From positions 640,001 through 704,000 of the forward strand of contig JBJBEO010000001.1 in the NCBI GenBank assembly GCA_047284725.1: DNA of 64,000 nucleotides, in the 5' to 3' direction. A program made the position numbers and the translations under genes. Positions 1-8,725 of this stretch are shown one piece after another. The DNA is from Synechococcus sp. (GTDB taxonomy: Bacteria > Cyanobacteriota > Cyanobacteriia > PCC-6307 > Cyanobiaceae). The notes below the pieces were generated by a model. The model saw only the letters and a program-made list of their open reading frames with translations. It did no database searches and was not told the DNA's origin. Positions within the stretch are counted from its first letter, which is position 1, and each line of letters begins with the position of its first letter.

Positions 1-129
1 TTTTGTGTTGAGCTTTAATAACTTGATCCCTAAACACCACAAGCGAGAGACCTAACATTGCGCCGACAAGTGCCAGAACAATAATTAGTTCTGTCAAAGA
101 GAAACCGCTATCTCTTTGTCTAAGAATCA

Positions 130-1839
130 TCATTGACTTATGATTCGTCCAAACCCTGTCCAAACGGATGTACCAATGGCGACGAAATCTTTGACACCTG
201 CACTATAATCTTCTCCATTATTATCCGAGGCGTCATTGGGTGCGTTGGTGGGTACAACCAATTGAGCTTGGTTGGAGTTGGAGCCGTCCCACACTTCTGC
301 CCAAACAACACCGCGTACATCTCCACCTCCACAATCACCATAGGGTGGTATCCCATTTGGATTATAAGATGGATCAAGATAATTATCTACAGTAACTGTA
401 CTGTCTTCATAGTTACAGTCGTTTTCGTCAACTGATGATCCTGCTCCACCATTAATACCTACTTTTCCACAAGGGAAATGGACAAACACATTAGCAGCCT
501 TCGCTTCAACACTTCCACCGTTTTTACCACCCTTTCCTTTTACTGCACTGACGCCTGAAAAATAAGCCTCTTGCTGAAACTCCTCGTCAATGACTCTTGC
601 GGCTTGGCACTCTGCCACTGACCTTCCGTACAGACCAAGCCTGAAAGGTGTAGGTTCCACTGTGCCTCCAGTAACCACTTGGGAAATGCTTCTCTGTCCC
701 CCAGCATCAACGTCATTGAGCGTGTAGATTTTAACGGGTCCGTTAGTGGTATCAACTTCAAGCTGCTCAGTATTAGAAAGTAAAATATTGTCAACCAAGC
801 AATAGGTAAACGGTTGACCATTAGCAAGTGGTAATCCACTTGATGGATCTGTATTATTGCCTTGATCTGTTATGCACATATTACTATTATTAATGTTTCC
901 ATCGGCAGTTGATGCTGCAGTTCCAGCAATTACCTGATACTTGTTTTGCCCAGGTATTTTACTGATATAATCCTGCAAGTCTTCCGTTGTTCCCTGTGCT
1001 GCAAGCAAATTACTCAGTAATGTGGGTGGAAATGGATAAATATCTGGGCATGGCTCACCGCCGATAAAGACTAAGCCAGAAACTGTGGCATTATTGCCAG
1101 CATCAATCAAGGTCAATGCTTCTTCTTGTGTCCCATTGTCGGGATCTGCATATTCACAATCTGTACAACGAATGTTTCCTGAGATAGCGCCAAAAACATC
1201 GTTATTTCCTAAATTTACATCTTTGGCGCAAATTCCTCCAAACCCACTGCTGGTGCCAGGATCTTCAAAACCAGCTTCGCAATTTTTTGATGCGACGTTA
1301 AATGTTTTCTGTAAAACAACTCTCGACAGTGTTCTACTGCTGTCCTCGCTCAAGACGCTTCCTTCGACGGTTAAAGTGCCCTGCCCCCCATAAAATGGTG
1401 TGCCATCAAAGACATAACTAAGTATCTTGTAAGATCCATTGGGAGAGCTCGAAATGGTCTGCTCTAAATCACTTGCAGGCAAGGGATCTACACCAGTTGA
1501 TGCATCACATTGAAGAACACTCCGAGGATTGCTCCATGTTCCTTTAATATCGCCGTTGGTATCGGTATAAACAATATTTTTGCATTGATCTGATGTATTA
1601 TTGTAGCAATTGATGAGGAGATATTTGTAATCAGAATTCAAAGCTTCTACTGTTCTCGCCATACCTGCTTCAGCATGTTCACGAGCTTGACGCTCTTGCT
1701 GCGAATTAATCGAATTCAATAGACCACGTGAAGTTACAATCGCGACTGTAGTTACACCTAAAAAACCAACTGCCCCGACAACCATGACAATTGGCATGGC
1801 AAGTCCGGACTCGCGGCGAATCGTCTTCATTGAGAGCAT
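130..1839 (-). CDS. Large PilX/GspK-like minor pilin or pilus-associated protein with a Cys/Asn/Asp-rich C-terminal domain
   Basis: N-terminus MLSMKTIRRESG|LAMPIVMVVGAVG is a class III-like signal peptide without Glu5, followed by a PilX-like QQERQAREHAEAG helix; AT-rich DNA. Start 1839 or 1830 preferred over the ORF-track start 1968. Confidence 0.7.
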   Translation of the reverse strand: MLSMKTIRRESGLAMPIVMVVGAVGFLGVTTVAIVTSRGLLNSINSQQERQAREHAEAGMARTVEALNSDYKYLLINCYNNTSDQCKNIVYTDTNGDIKGTWSNPRSVLQCDASTGVDPLPASDLEQTISSSPNGSYKILSYVFDGTPFYGGQGTLTVEGSVLSEDSSRTLSRVVLQKTFNVASKNCEAGFEDPGTSSGFGGICAKDVNLGNNDVFGAISGNIRCTDCEYADPDNGTQEEALTLIDAGNNATVSGLVFIGGEPCPDIYPFPPTLLSNLLAAQGTTEDLQDYISKIPGQNKYQVIAGTAASTADGNINNSNMCITDQGNNTDPSSGLPLANGQPFTYCLVDNILLSNTEQLEVDTTNGPVKIYTLNDVDAGGQRSISQVVTGGTVEPTPFRLGLYGRSVAECQAARVIDEEFQQEAYFSGVSAVKGKGGKNGGSVEAKAANVFVHFPCGKVGINGGAGSSVDENDCNYEDSTVTVDNYLDPSYNPNGIPPYGDCGGGDVRGVVWAEVWDGSNSNQAQLVVPTNAPNDASDNNGEDYSAGVKDFVAIGTSVWTGFGRIISQ

Positions 1840-2363
1840 GGCTCGACCTATATACAACTTACTATAGTCGATTGCAGCGCATAATGCAAATGTCTGGGCC
1901 ATGAATGATTGGACCACGCTTGATGTTTGGAATTGCCACGCTGGCTTGGAGGATTGGATTGGCTCCATTTGTTCCAGATCCTGTACCTTTTAATGGCAAT
2001 CATAGAGTTTGCTTAGAATGCTTTAAATGTAGTTTGCTCTTTGTGAAGAGCGCTAACCTGTCGTACATAACCGTTTTGCTCCCCAAGCTTGTTCCTGAAT
2101 GCCTCTATTTGCTGTTGTTTTTTCTTCAAGAGAAGGAAAATGCGTGTTCTTTATTTTATGAGCGTGCACGCTAACCAAACTAAAGCTGCTTAAACCATGA
2201 GTCGTATCAATGGGTGATTGATGCTTTATGCGATTTAGGGGGCGGGGCCAACACAGTGGTTTTTTATGATATTGATTGTCTTGCTTAGGGATTTTTATTG
2301 ATTTCCTGGTTTGCTGTGTAGGCTCCTCATTTATTCAGCATTACAGAATTGCCCTGAAATGTT

Positions 2364-3926
2364 TTGCTTCTGCTTGGTTCAGAGAGGAAACTTGTCTATA
2401 GTGACTTTAGCGTGATTATCCTCGTGCTTAAACTACTTCAAGTTTTTAGGCGGAGCAGCAAAATAGATCCCCTGCCTATTACATTTGGGTGTGTATGGAT
2501 TTTAACTTGCTTTGGATTTTTTTTAACAGCCTTTGTTCCTCCAGATAATTTTAAGCATGATTATCAGTGGATTGTTGTTGGAATCGGATATTTAATTGCT
2601 GCGATCTCTTTTTTGCGTTCTCGCCAGCATCTTTCTAAATTGCGAGTTTTTTTAGCCTCGGTGAAATGGTTCTGGGCGGTTTGGTTGTTCACCACTCTGT
2701 GGCTTCTCTTGATGCTTTTCGTGCATGGAGATCGAGTTGGAAATCTCATGGGTGTGAATTCAGGTTTCCTTGGTTTGTGTGTTTTGCCTATCGCAGCTTA
2801 TTTGGGCCACGACCTTTCCTTGAGCCGAGAACCCTTGTTGAGAAAGCGGCTCAGCTGGGTTTTGCTAATGAGCTTATTGCCATTGTTGCTGTTCGAGAAT
2901 ATTTATCTTGCAATGCATCGTTTTGCCGCAATTCCGGAGAGTCTTTCCTACCACACCACAGAGCATCTTGTTTGTTGTCCCTATGTTTACTGGAGTTTTT
3001 TGCCCCGAATGTTCGTAAACGTACGCGAAGGAAATATTTTGTCTTTGATGGGTATTTGTGTTGTTTACTTCTTTTTGGCGCAATGGTCGCCCGAAGAGAA
3101 AATGCCTAAAACAAGGAGCCTAGAAAGCGTCCCTTCATCCTTGGTCTGGTGCCTTAAAGCATTGCTATTTTTATGCTTTTTAAATGCCTTTTTGACGCAA
3201 GGTCGAGCGATCCTTTTGGCGCTCACAATCCCAATGCTGATCCTATATTTTGCCTCTTTTTTGAGTACTTGGATTGTTAGTCATCGCTATATTCGACATA
3301 TCGCTCGCATGTTTTTTGCTACTGGCGTTGCCTCATATGTTGTATCAAGTGGGTTGAATGTTCTTGCTCCAAGAGCCAACCGTCTTCTCACTAGCTCGCT
3401 GAATGACATGAACACACTCAATGATGGTTTCTCTGCTGGTAGAGCATTGATTTGGAAGGAGTGGTTGGAGCAAGGATTTTTTTCATCACCATGGCTTGGG
3501 AGTGGATTTAATTTCCGGCCATTTCATGACGGTATTCATTATGCTTTAAGCAGTGCGCATAATATTATTGTTACGGTTTTGGCCGATGGAGGCTTGGCAG
3601 GGGTCTTGGTTTGCATTTTATGGTTTTGTGTTGTTTGGAAGAATTGGACGGCTGATCGATTGTCCGCCTTGATGATTGGATGTTTTATAACGTCTTTTGT
3701 TTTTTTCTCATTTGCGTCGAGCGTCTTTGTCAGGCCTATTGGTTGTATTTTCCTCCCACTGCTGGTTTTTCTGCTCTTTGCTTTCAAGGGTTTTTCCTTG
3801 CAATCGCTTGATGGCATTGTGTTGCCTGAAGTGCATGCTATGCCTTTGGGAATGAGGATTTGGTCGTTAGGTTTAGGAGCATCTCTTTTTGTTTTTGGTG
3901 CTTCTTTTTTTCTTGCTCAGATCTAA
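2364..3926 (+). CDS. O-antigen ligase (Wzy_C)-family membrane protein, putative pilin O-oligosaccharyltransferase
   Basis: Many hydrophobic segments plus the family motifs SAGRALIW...PWLGSG...SAHNIIVTVLADGGLAG; start uncertain; AT-rich. Confidence 0.8.
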   Translation: MLLLGSERKLVYSDFSVIILVLKLLQVFRRSSKIDPLPITFGCVWILTCFGFFLTAFVPPDNFKHDYQWIVVGIGYLIAAISFLRSRQHLSKLRVFLASVKWFWAVWLFTTLWLLLMLFVHGDRVGNLMGVNSGFLGLCVLPIAAYLGHDLSLSREPLLRKRLSWVLLMSLLPLLLFENIYLAMHRFAAIPESLSYHTTEHLVCCPYVYWSFLPRMFVNVREGNILSLMGICVVYFFLAQWSPEEKMPKTRSLESVPSSLVWCLKALLFLCFLNAFLTQGRAILLALTIPMLILYFASFLSTWIVSHRYIRHIARMFFATGVASYVVSSGLNVLAPRANRLLTSSLNDMNTLNDGFSAGRALIWKEWLEQGFFSSPWLGSGFNFRPFHDGIHYALSSAHNIIVTVLADGGLAGVLVCILWFCVVWKNWTADRLSALMIGCFITSFVFFSFASSVFVRPIGCIFLPLLVFLLFAFKGFSLQSLDGIVLPEVHAMPLGMRIWSLGLGASLFVFGASFFLAQI

Positions 3927-4401
3927 AATAGCTAATTTTGCTTTAATGATTATGATCGCTGTTCTGGTCAATTGTGCTCCACTTTAATTGGCCGAGGCCA
4001 TGTTTTCTGCTTTTGAATTTGATCGGTGCATGATGGCTCAAGGTTCTGAGGTTGTTTGGGGATTGTTATTTTCGGCTTCACGATTGGTGAAATGATGTTC
4101 AGTGATTTTGCTTCGCTTAGAAGCTAGATTGCCCGTTTTTTGTATTGCTGGTTAGTAGTTGGTTGTTGTTAGTCGGAATGACTCGTTGGCTTGACCGGTG
4201 TTTTGTGATTAGCACCACTCCTGGAATTCAAAATTTTATTTGTTTTGCGGGAGCGTTTGAAGTGTTTGTGAGGGCTCGTGAATATTGGGCTTGTGTGGGT
4301 GTTTTGTAAATAGTCTGTTGGCCTTTCTTGGAGTGGATACTTGATGAGTCTGGTTTTGTGTGTAGATGAATTTTTTAGCGATGCTGATTGGTTTTCTGGA
4401 T

Positions 4402-4434
4402 AATAAAAACCCCTTGCTCCGCGAGCAAGGGGTT
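4402..4434 (-). terminator. Rho-independent terminator of the pilin gene
   Basis: Perfect stem AACCCCTTGCTC-cgc-GAGCAAGGGGTT (4408-4434) followed by a U-rich tail on the minus strand, ~70 bp after the pilin stop. Confidence 0.85.
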
Positions 4435-4501
4435 CTGGGGATTTTAGTTCAGTATTGTTTCTGAGCTGTATTGGGATTTTAGTTGTTGATTGAGGTGTGT
4501 T

Positions 4502-5113
4502 TTACGAGATGGTTGCGCAGTCGATATCCGCATCAATGGTTGGCCAGGATGATCCCCCCGCTTCGGTAAATACACCATCATCAGTATAATCATTAATGTA
4601 TGTATCTACAGTGGCGCCTGCGGCAGTATCGACTAAGCCACTCGAGACATCTGTTTTGCCTGAGATCAAATTGACGCAACTAAAAGCTGCTTTGTCGACG
4701 ATGGATGCATCGCCACCATCAGCAACGGGAACCGAGACAGCCACGCACAGGACGGATTCATCACCAGCTACAGCATCTGTCGTTCTTGTAGATAACGTTC
4801 CTGTCTTGTCACATTTGTAATTGAACTTCCCCCCAACTTCACTCGCGGCTAGGGCTACCGATTCGCCAATTTTTCCTTGCTCTTGCCACTCAGCATGAGA
4901 TTGTTTGATGATTGCTGACATTTTGGACTTGGCTTCTGTCGCCTTTGCTTTCTCGGTCTGGCTGAGGAAGTTGGGCAAGGCAATTGCAGACAAAATGCCC
5001 ACAATCACGATCACGATCATCAGCTCCACCAGCGTGAAGCCTTTTGCGAGCGCGTTGCGGCCTGTTTTGCGATTGAGGAGCGCCAGTTGAAGGCGCGAGT
5101 TCAGAGAAGTCAT
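4502..5113 (-). CDS. pilA: Type IV major pilin
   Basis: Leader MTSLNSRLQLALLNRKTGRNALAKG|FTLVELMIVIVIVGILSAIALPNF with G|F...E5; four Cys in the variable C-terminal domain; own terminator. Confidence 0.9.
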   Translation of the reverse strand: MTSLNSRLQLALLNRKTGRNALAKGFTLVELMIVIVIVGILSAIALPNFLSQTEKAKATEAKSKMSAIIKQSHAEWQEQGKIGESVALAASEVGGKFNYKCDKTGTLSTRTTDAVAGDESVLCVAVSVPVADGGDASIVDKAAFSCVNLISGKTDVSSGLVDTAAGATVDTYINDYTDDGVFTEAGGSSWPTIDADIDCATIS

Positions 5114-5188
5114 GTCTGAAAGATGGAGAAGCACCCTCGGTGCGTACCTTTTCATTGTTCAGCCACACGGGAATCCATGGGTGGAAAT

Positions 5189-5232
5189 TTCCCTAAAGTT
5201 TCTCTAAGAACCCTCTTAGGTCTGCACTAGGC
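5189..5232. promoter_or_regulatory. Candidate OmpR/PhoB-type tandem-repeat operator between pilA and the histidine kinase
   Basis: CTAAA (5193), CTAAG (5204), CTTAG (5215), ACTAG (5226) at exact 11-bp spacing. Confidence 0.45.
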
Positions 5233-5239
5233 CAGTCAG

Positions 5240-6517
5240 ATGCGTGTGCTCCCCTCGCTGAGGCTCTGGTTGCTCTCCACCGGCACGCTCTCTGTGATTG
5301 CAGGCTATGCCCTGTTGCTAGGGGTGCATTCCCTGCTGGCGCGGCAGCAACGTTTGCAGACCCATCAACAGCTGGTGATGGTTGTTGCGGAGCAGCGGTC
5401 ATTGTTCGAGCTGAATGCGGAAGCGCGGGCTCCATTCGGGGTTGAAGTGGCGATGTTGCCCAACGGGAAAGCGCAAGCCCCCAGGCTGGAGCACGCCGCC
5501 AATGGCGATACCTGGCTGAGCAGTGCCACACCTTTGATGGCAGAGAGTGGATCGATGCCGTTGCTGTTGGTGCGTCAGAACGTGACGGCATCGTTGGCCT
5601 ATGAGCAAAGGCTTCAGTTGCTTCTGATTGCCGCAGCCGGGGTGTCAACTCTGCTCACGGCCGCCTTGCTTCGGCTGGTGCTCTGGCGCGGCCTGATGCG
5701 ACCGCTGCATGATCTCAGTGAACAGCTTGATGGCCTCAGTGTTGATGCCCTTGGGCAGCAGTTGATTCGGTTGGACGATCAACCCCAGGAATTGCAATCG
5801 ATTGCCTCGGCCTTCAATGGCGTCCAGCAACGACTCTCGGGAGCCTGGCAGCGGGAACGCCGCTTTGTGGATGGGGTTGCCCATGAATTGAAAACGCCGA
5901 TCACCTTGATCTCAGGTCGCTCCCAGCGCTTGCTCAAGGAGCCCCTCACCGCTGATCAGAGCCATGTGCTGGGACGGATCGCTGCAGAGGCCTCCCGGAT
6001 GGCGACCCTGATTTCAGCCCTGCTTGAACTGGCCCGCAATGATGCAGGGCGCCTGACCCTTGATCTGCAGCCGTGGGATCCGGAGCAGTTGCTGGTGGAA
6101 GCTTTCGAGCGCTTTGAACCCCTCGCCCCCAGCCGACTACTGCTGGCAGGCTCGACCCCGAACGGTTGCCCGCCGATTCTGGTCGATCGTGAGCGGCTTC
6201 AGCAATGTCTGTTGGCACTGGTGGATAACGCCCTCGCTTACAGCCAGGCTTCGGTGATGCTCAGTGTGAGTTTTGGCCACGACCCCAGCGGAGCCTGGGT
6301 CCGCTTGCATGTGCTTGATCGCGGTCCAGGCATTCCTCTGCAGGAAAGGGAACGGGTGTTGGAGCGATTTGTGCGCGGCACCAGTTCCATGGGCACCCGC
6401 GGCAGTGGTATCGGTCTTGCGGTGGTTCAGGACCTCTCGATTGCCATGGGTGCTGCGCTGGTGATTGAAGACCGTGACGGCGGAGGTGCTGATCTGCAGC
6501 TGCGTTTCAAGGCTTGA
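5240..6517 (+). CDS. Two-component sensor histidine kinase (2 TM, HAMP, HisKA, HATPase)
   Basis: H-box FVDGVAHELKTP, N-box LVDNALAYS, G1 DRGPGI, G2 GSGIGL. Confidence 0.93.
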   Translation: MRVLPSLRLWLLSTGTLSVIAGYALLLGVHSLLARQQRLQTHQQLVMVVAEQRSLFELNAEARAPFGVEVAMLPNGKAQAPRLEHAANGDTWLSSATPLMAESGSMPLLLVRQNVTASLAYEQRLQLLLIAAAGVSTLLTAALLRLVLWRGLMRPLHDLSEQLDGLSVDALGQQLIRLDDQPQELQSIASAFNGVQQRLSGAWQRERRFVDGVAHELKTPITLISGRSQRLLKEPLTADQSHVLGRIAAEASRMATLISALLELARNDAGRLTLDLQPWDPEQLLVEAFERFEPLAPSRLLLAGSTPNGCPPILVDRERLQQCLLALVDNALAYSQASVMLSVSFGHDPSGAWVRLHVLDRGPGIPLQERERVLERFVRGTSSMGTRGSGIGLAVVQDLSIAMGAALVIEDRDGGGADLQLRFKA

Positions 6518-7226
6518 GTTCGCCCACCCGTGCCATGTATCCCACCCCTCGGCTGGTGTGCAGGAGCCTGGCCAGGCCGCTTGCTTCGATCTTGCGGCGC
6601 AGGTAACCCATGTACACATCCAGGGTATTGGGATCGCCCACAAAGGGTTTCCCCCACACTGCTTCGAGGATGGTCTGCCGTGTCATCACCGTGTTGGCGT
6701 GTTGCACCAGATACACCAGCAGGTCAAATTCCCGCTGTGACAGCTCGATGGCGCGCCCCCCGCGTTGCACGTCCCGGCGGATCAGATCGATCTGCAGGTC
6801 GCCGAGGTTCAGAATCTGGGCTTCGCTGCTGGTTACCTCGTAGTGACGCCGGCGCAGTTGTGCCCTGACTCGGGCGTGCAGTTCATCCAGCTCGAACGGT
6901 TTGGTGATGTAGTCGTCGGCACCGGCATCCAATGCCATCACCCGTTCCTCCAGGGCGTCGTGGGCGGTGATCATCAGCACCGGTGTGGTGTCGCCGCTGC
7001 TGCGCAGACGCCGGCAGATCTCCACCCCATCGAAATCCGGGAGCCCCCAGTCCAGGAGCACCAGCGCAAATTGCCGACTGCGCAGCAAGACCAGCGCTTC
7101 CTGGCCGCTGTTCACGCCCGTGCAGCAGTGGCCGGAGACTTCCAGTTCGTCCATCAGGAACTGCAGCAGATCAGGATCGTCGTCCACCAGCAGCAGTGGC
7201 GTTGTTGCCTCCTCCAAACCAATCAT
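6507..7226 (-). CDS. OmpR-family response regulator
   Basis: LLLVDDD, LVLLDWGLP, GADDYITKPF, C-terminal winged-helix signature TSRGVGY; start trimmed from the ORF track. Confidence 0.93.
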   Translation of the reverse strand: MIGLEEATTPLLLVDDDPDLLQFLMDELEVSGHCCTGVNSGQEALVLLRSRQFALVLLDWGLPDFDGVEICRRLRSSGDTTPVLMITAHDALEERVMALDAGADDYITKPFELDELHARVRAQLRRRHYEVTSSEAQILNLGDLQIDLIRRDVQRGGRAIELSQREFDLLVYLVQHANTVMTRQTILEAVWGKPFVGDPNTLDVYMGYLRRKIEASGLARLLHTSRGVGYMARVGELKP

Positions 7227-7287
7227 CCCTCTCCAGGCAGCGTATGCATGGCAGGAGGGGAATGCTCTGACCAGTTGCACGGATGCG

Positions 7288-7815
7288 ATGCATCGATGGA
7301 TCACGGCCAGGGGGACAGCCAGTCGCCAGTCGGCGGAGACTGGGTTTGTGTTGCCCCTGGCGATCACCACCTCTGTGGTGCTCTTGCTCGGCAGCGCGTC
7401 ATTGCACACGCTGGCTCTGCATAGCCGTTGGCGAGAGCGGCAGCAATGGCAGTCCATCACGCAACGCGACCAGTTGCGTTCGGCGGCGATGATGTATCTG
7501 GATCAGGCCTCAGAGCCCGGACAACGCTGCGTGCTTGCCTGGCCTTCCAGCCACTGGTCTGGATTGGCTGTGCAGTGCCCAGACGCTGATGTAGACAGTC
7601 TGCGCCAAGGCCAACTTGATGGGGAGTCCTGGCAGTTGCTCCAGTGGCAGCTCACCCCTCAGGGTGCAACCCTGACGCTGGCGTTGGACAGCAACGGCTC
7701 GGCTGCAGAAGTGCGCTTGCACCGCCATGGCGAGGGATTTCGCTTGGCGGACGGCTTGGTTTCGATGCCTTCCCACGTTGCTGCTGAAGGCACCTCTGTG
7801 CTGGAGATACCATGA
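7288..7815 (+). CDS. PilX-like minor pilin
   Basis: AETG|FVLPLAITTSVVLLLG prepilin-like site lacking Glu5; first gene of a coupled four-gene pilin operon. Confidence 0.7.
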   Translation: MHRWITARGTASRQSAETGFVLPLAITTSVVLLLGSASLHTLALHSRWRERQQWQSITQRDQLRSAAMMYLDQASEPGQRCVLAWPSSHWSGLAVQCPDADVDSLRQGQLDGESWQLLQWQLTPQGATLTLALDSNGSAAEVRLHRHGEGFRLADGLVSMPSHVAAEGTSVLEIP

Positions 7816-8213
7816 CGCTCACTGAACTCCTGGTGGCCGGGATTATCGCCGGCTCCAGTTGCTGTGCCTCGCTGCAGGTGTTCAGCCAGGCGGCGGCGGC
7901 CAGCCATGTCGCCCGCACACGCCTGGAAGCAGGCGAGCTTCTGGAGCTGCACTGGCTCTCGAGCCGCCGTTGGTTGATGGCAGCCAATGTCGGTTGCCCC
8001 GACGACCCCATGGCCATTGAGCATGAGCTCATGGCTGATGTGCCGTTGGATGACTCCCTGCAGCGCAGCCTCACAGACGACGATGCCTCCTGGGGGCTGT
8101 GGCTGGTGCTGGTTCACCCCGCCACCGGCCTCCAGCGTCGCCAGTTGTTCACCGCCGCCGGCAGTGGGTGGTGCAACGACACTGCCGCCGCCACTTCGGA
8201 GGCAGAGGCATGA
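7812..8213 (+). CDS. PilV/GspI-like minor pilin
   Basis: Begins MTLTELLVAGIIAG (Glu5, hydrophobic helix); GGAG RBS at 7803; ATGA overlaps at both ends. Confidence 0.7.
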   Translation: MTLTELLVAGIIAGSSCCASLQVFSQAAAASHVARTRLEAGELLELHWLSSRRWLMAANVGCPDDPMAIEHELMADVPLDDSLQRSLTDDDASWGLWLVLVHPATGLQRRQLFTAAGSGWCNDTAAATSEAEA

Positions 8214-8725
8214 GCCGTTGGAATGAACCGCGGGGGTTCTCCTTGCTGGAGCTGCTGGTGGCGGGCGCGGTACTCACCCTGCTCAGCGGTGTGACCTTGG
8301 TGCATGCCGGCCGTGATCGCTCCCGTCAGCAGTTGCATCAGGCAGCCCAGCGGCTTCAGGTGGCGATCGATCGCGGCCGTCTGGTGGCGCAGCGGCAGCA
8401 TCGGGCCTGCGTCATTGCGTTGACGGAACTTAAACCATCTGCTGAAAGCGCTTCCTTGCCTCTCTGTGCCGGAGTCCGGCCTCTGTTAATGCCACAGCAG
8501 CATGAGGACCCGGGGGTGCGTTGGCATGCCAACCTGCCGCCCCAGCTGCGGTTCAGCAGAAATGGCCTGTTACTCGATGGCGGGCTTGTGGTGTTCAGCC
8601 ATCAGGCTTCAACCCTGCGCCCCTGTGTGGTGATCAGCCTCCCCCTGGGGGTGACGCGCCAGGGCGTGTATGGCACTGATCCGTTGCAGGAGCTCAACAG
8701 CAGTCGTTGCCGGCCGTCGTCATGA
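8210..8725 (+). CDS. FimU/FimT/GspH-like minor pilin
   Basis: MSRWNEPRG|FSLLELLVAG; C-terminal LRFSRNG...CVVISLPLG. Confidence 0.8.
   Translation: MSRWNEPRGFSLLELLVAGAVLTLLSGVTLVHAGRDRSRQQLHQAAQRLQVAIDRGRLVAQRQHRACVIALTELKPSAESASLPLCAGVRPLLMPQQHEDPGVRWHANLPPQLRFSRNGLLLDGGLVVFSHQASTLRPCVVISLPLGVTRQGVYGTDPLQELNSSRCRPSS

Noticed and set aside
1840..1968. Upstream in-frame extension of the PilX-like ORF
   Set aside because: The prepilin-like leader fits a start at 1839 or 1830; the extension has no recognisable features.
130..5113. Diversity-generating retroelement or silent pilin cassettes behind pilin variability
   Set aside because: No reverse transcriptase, template/variable repeat pair, invertase or second pilA copy found in the window.
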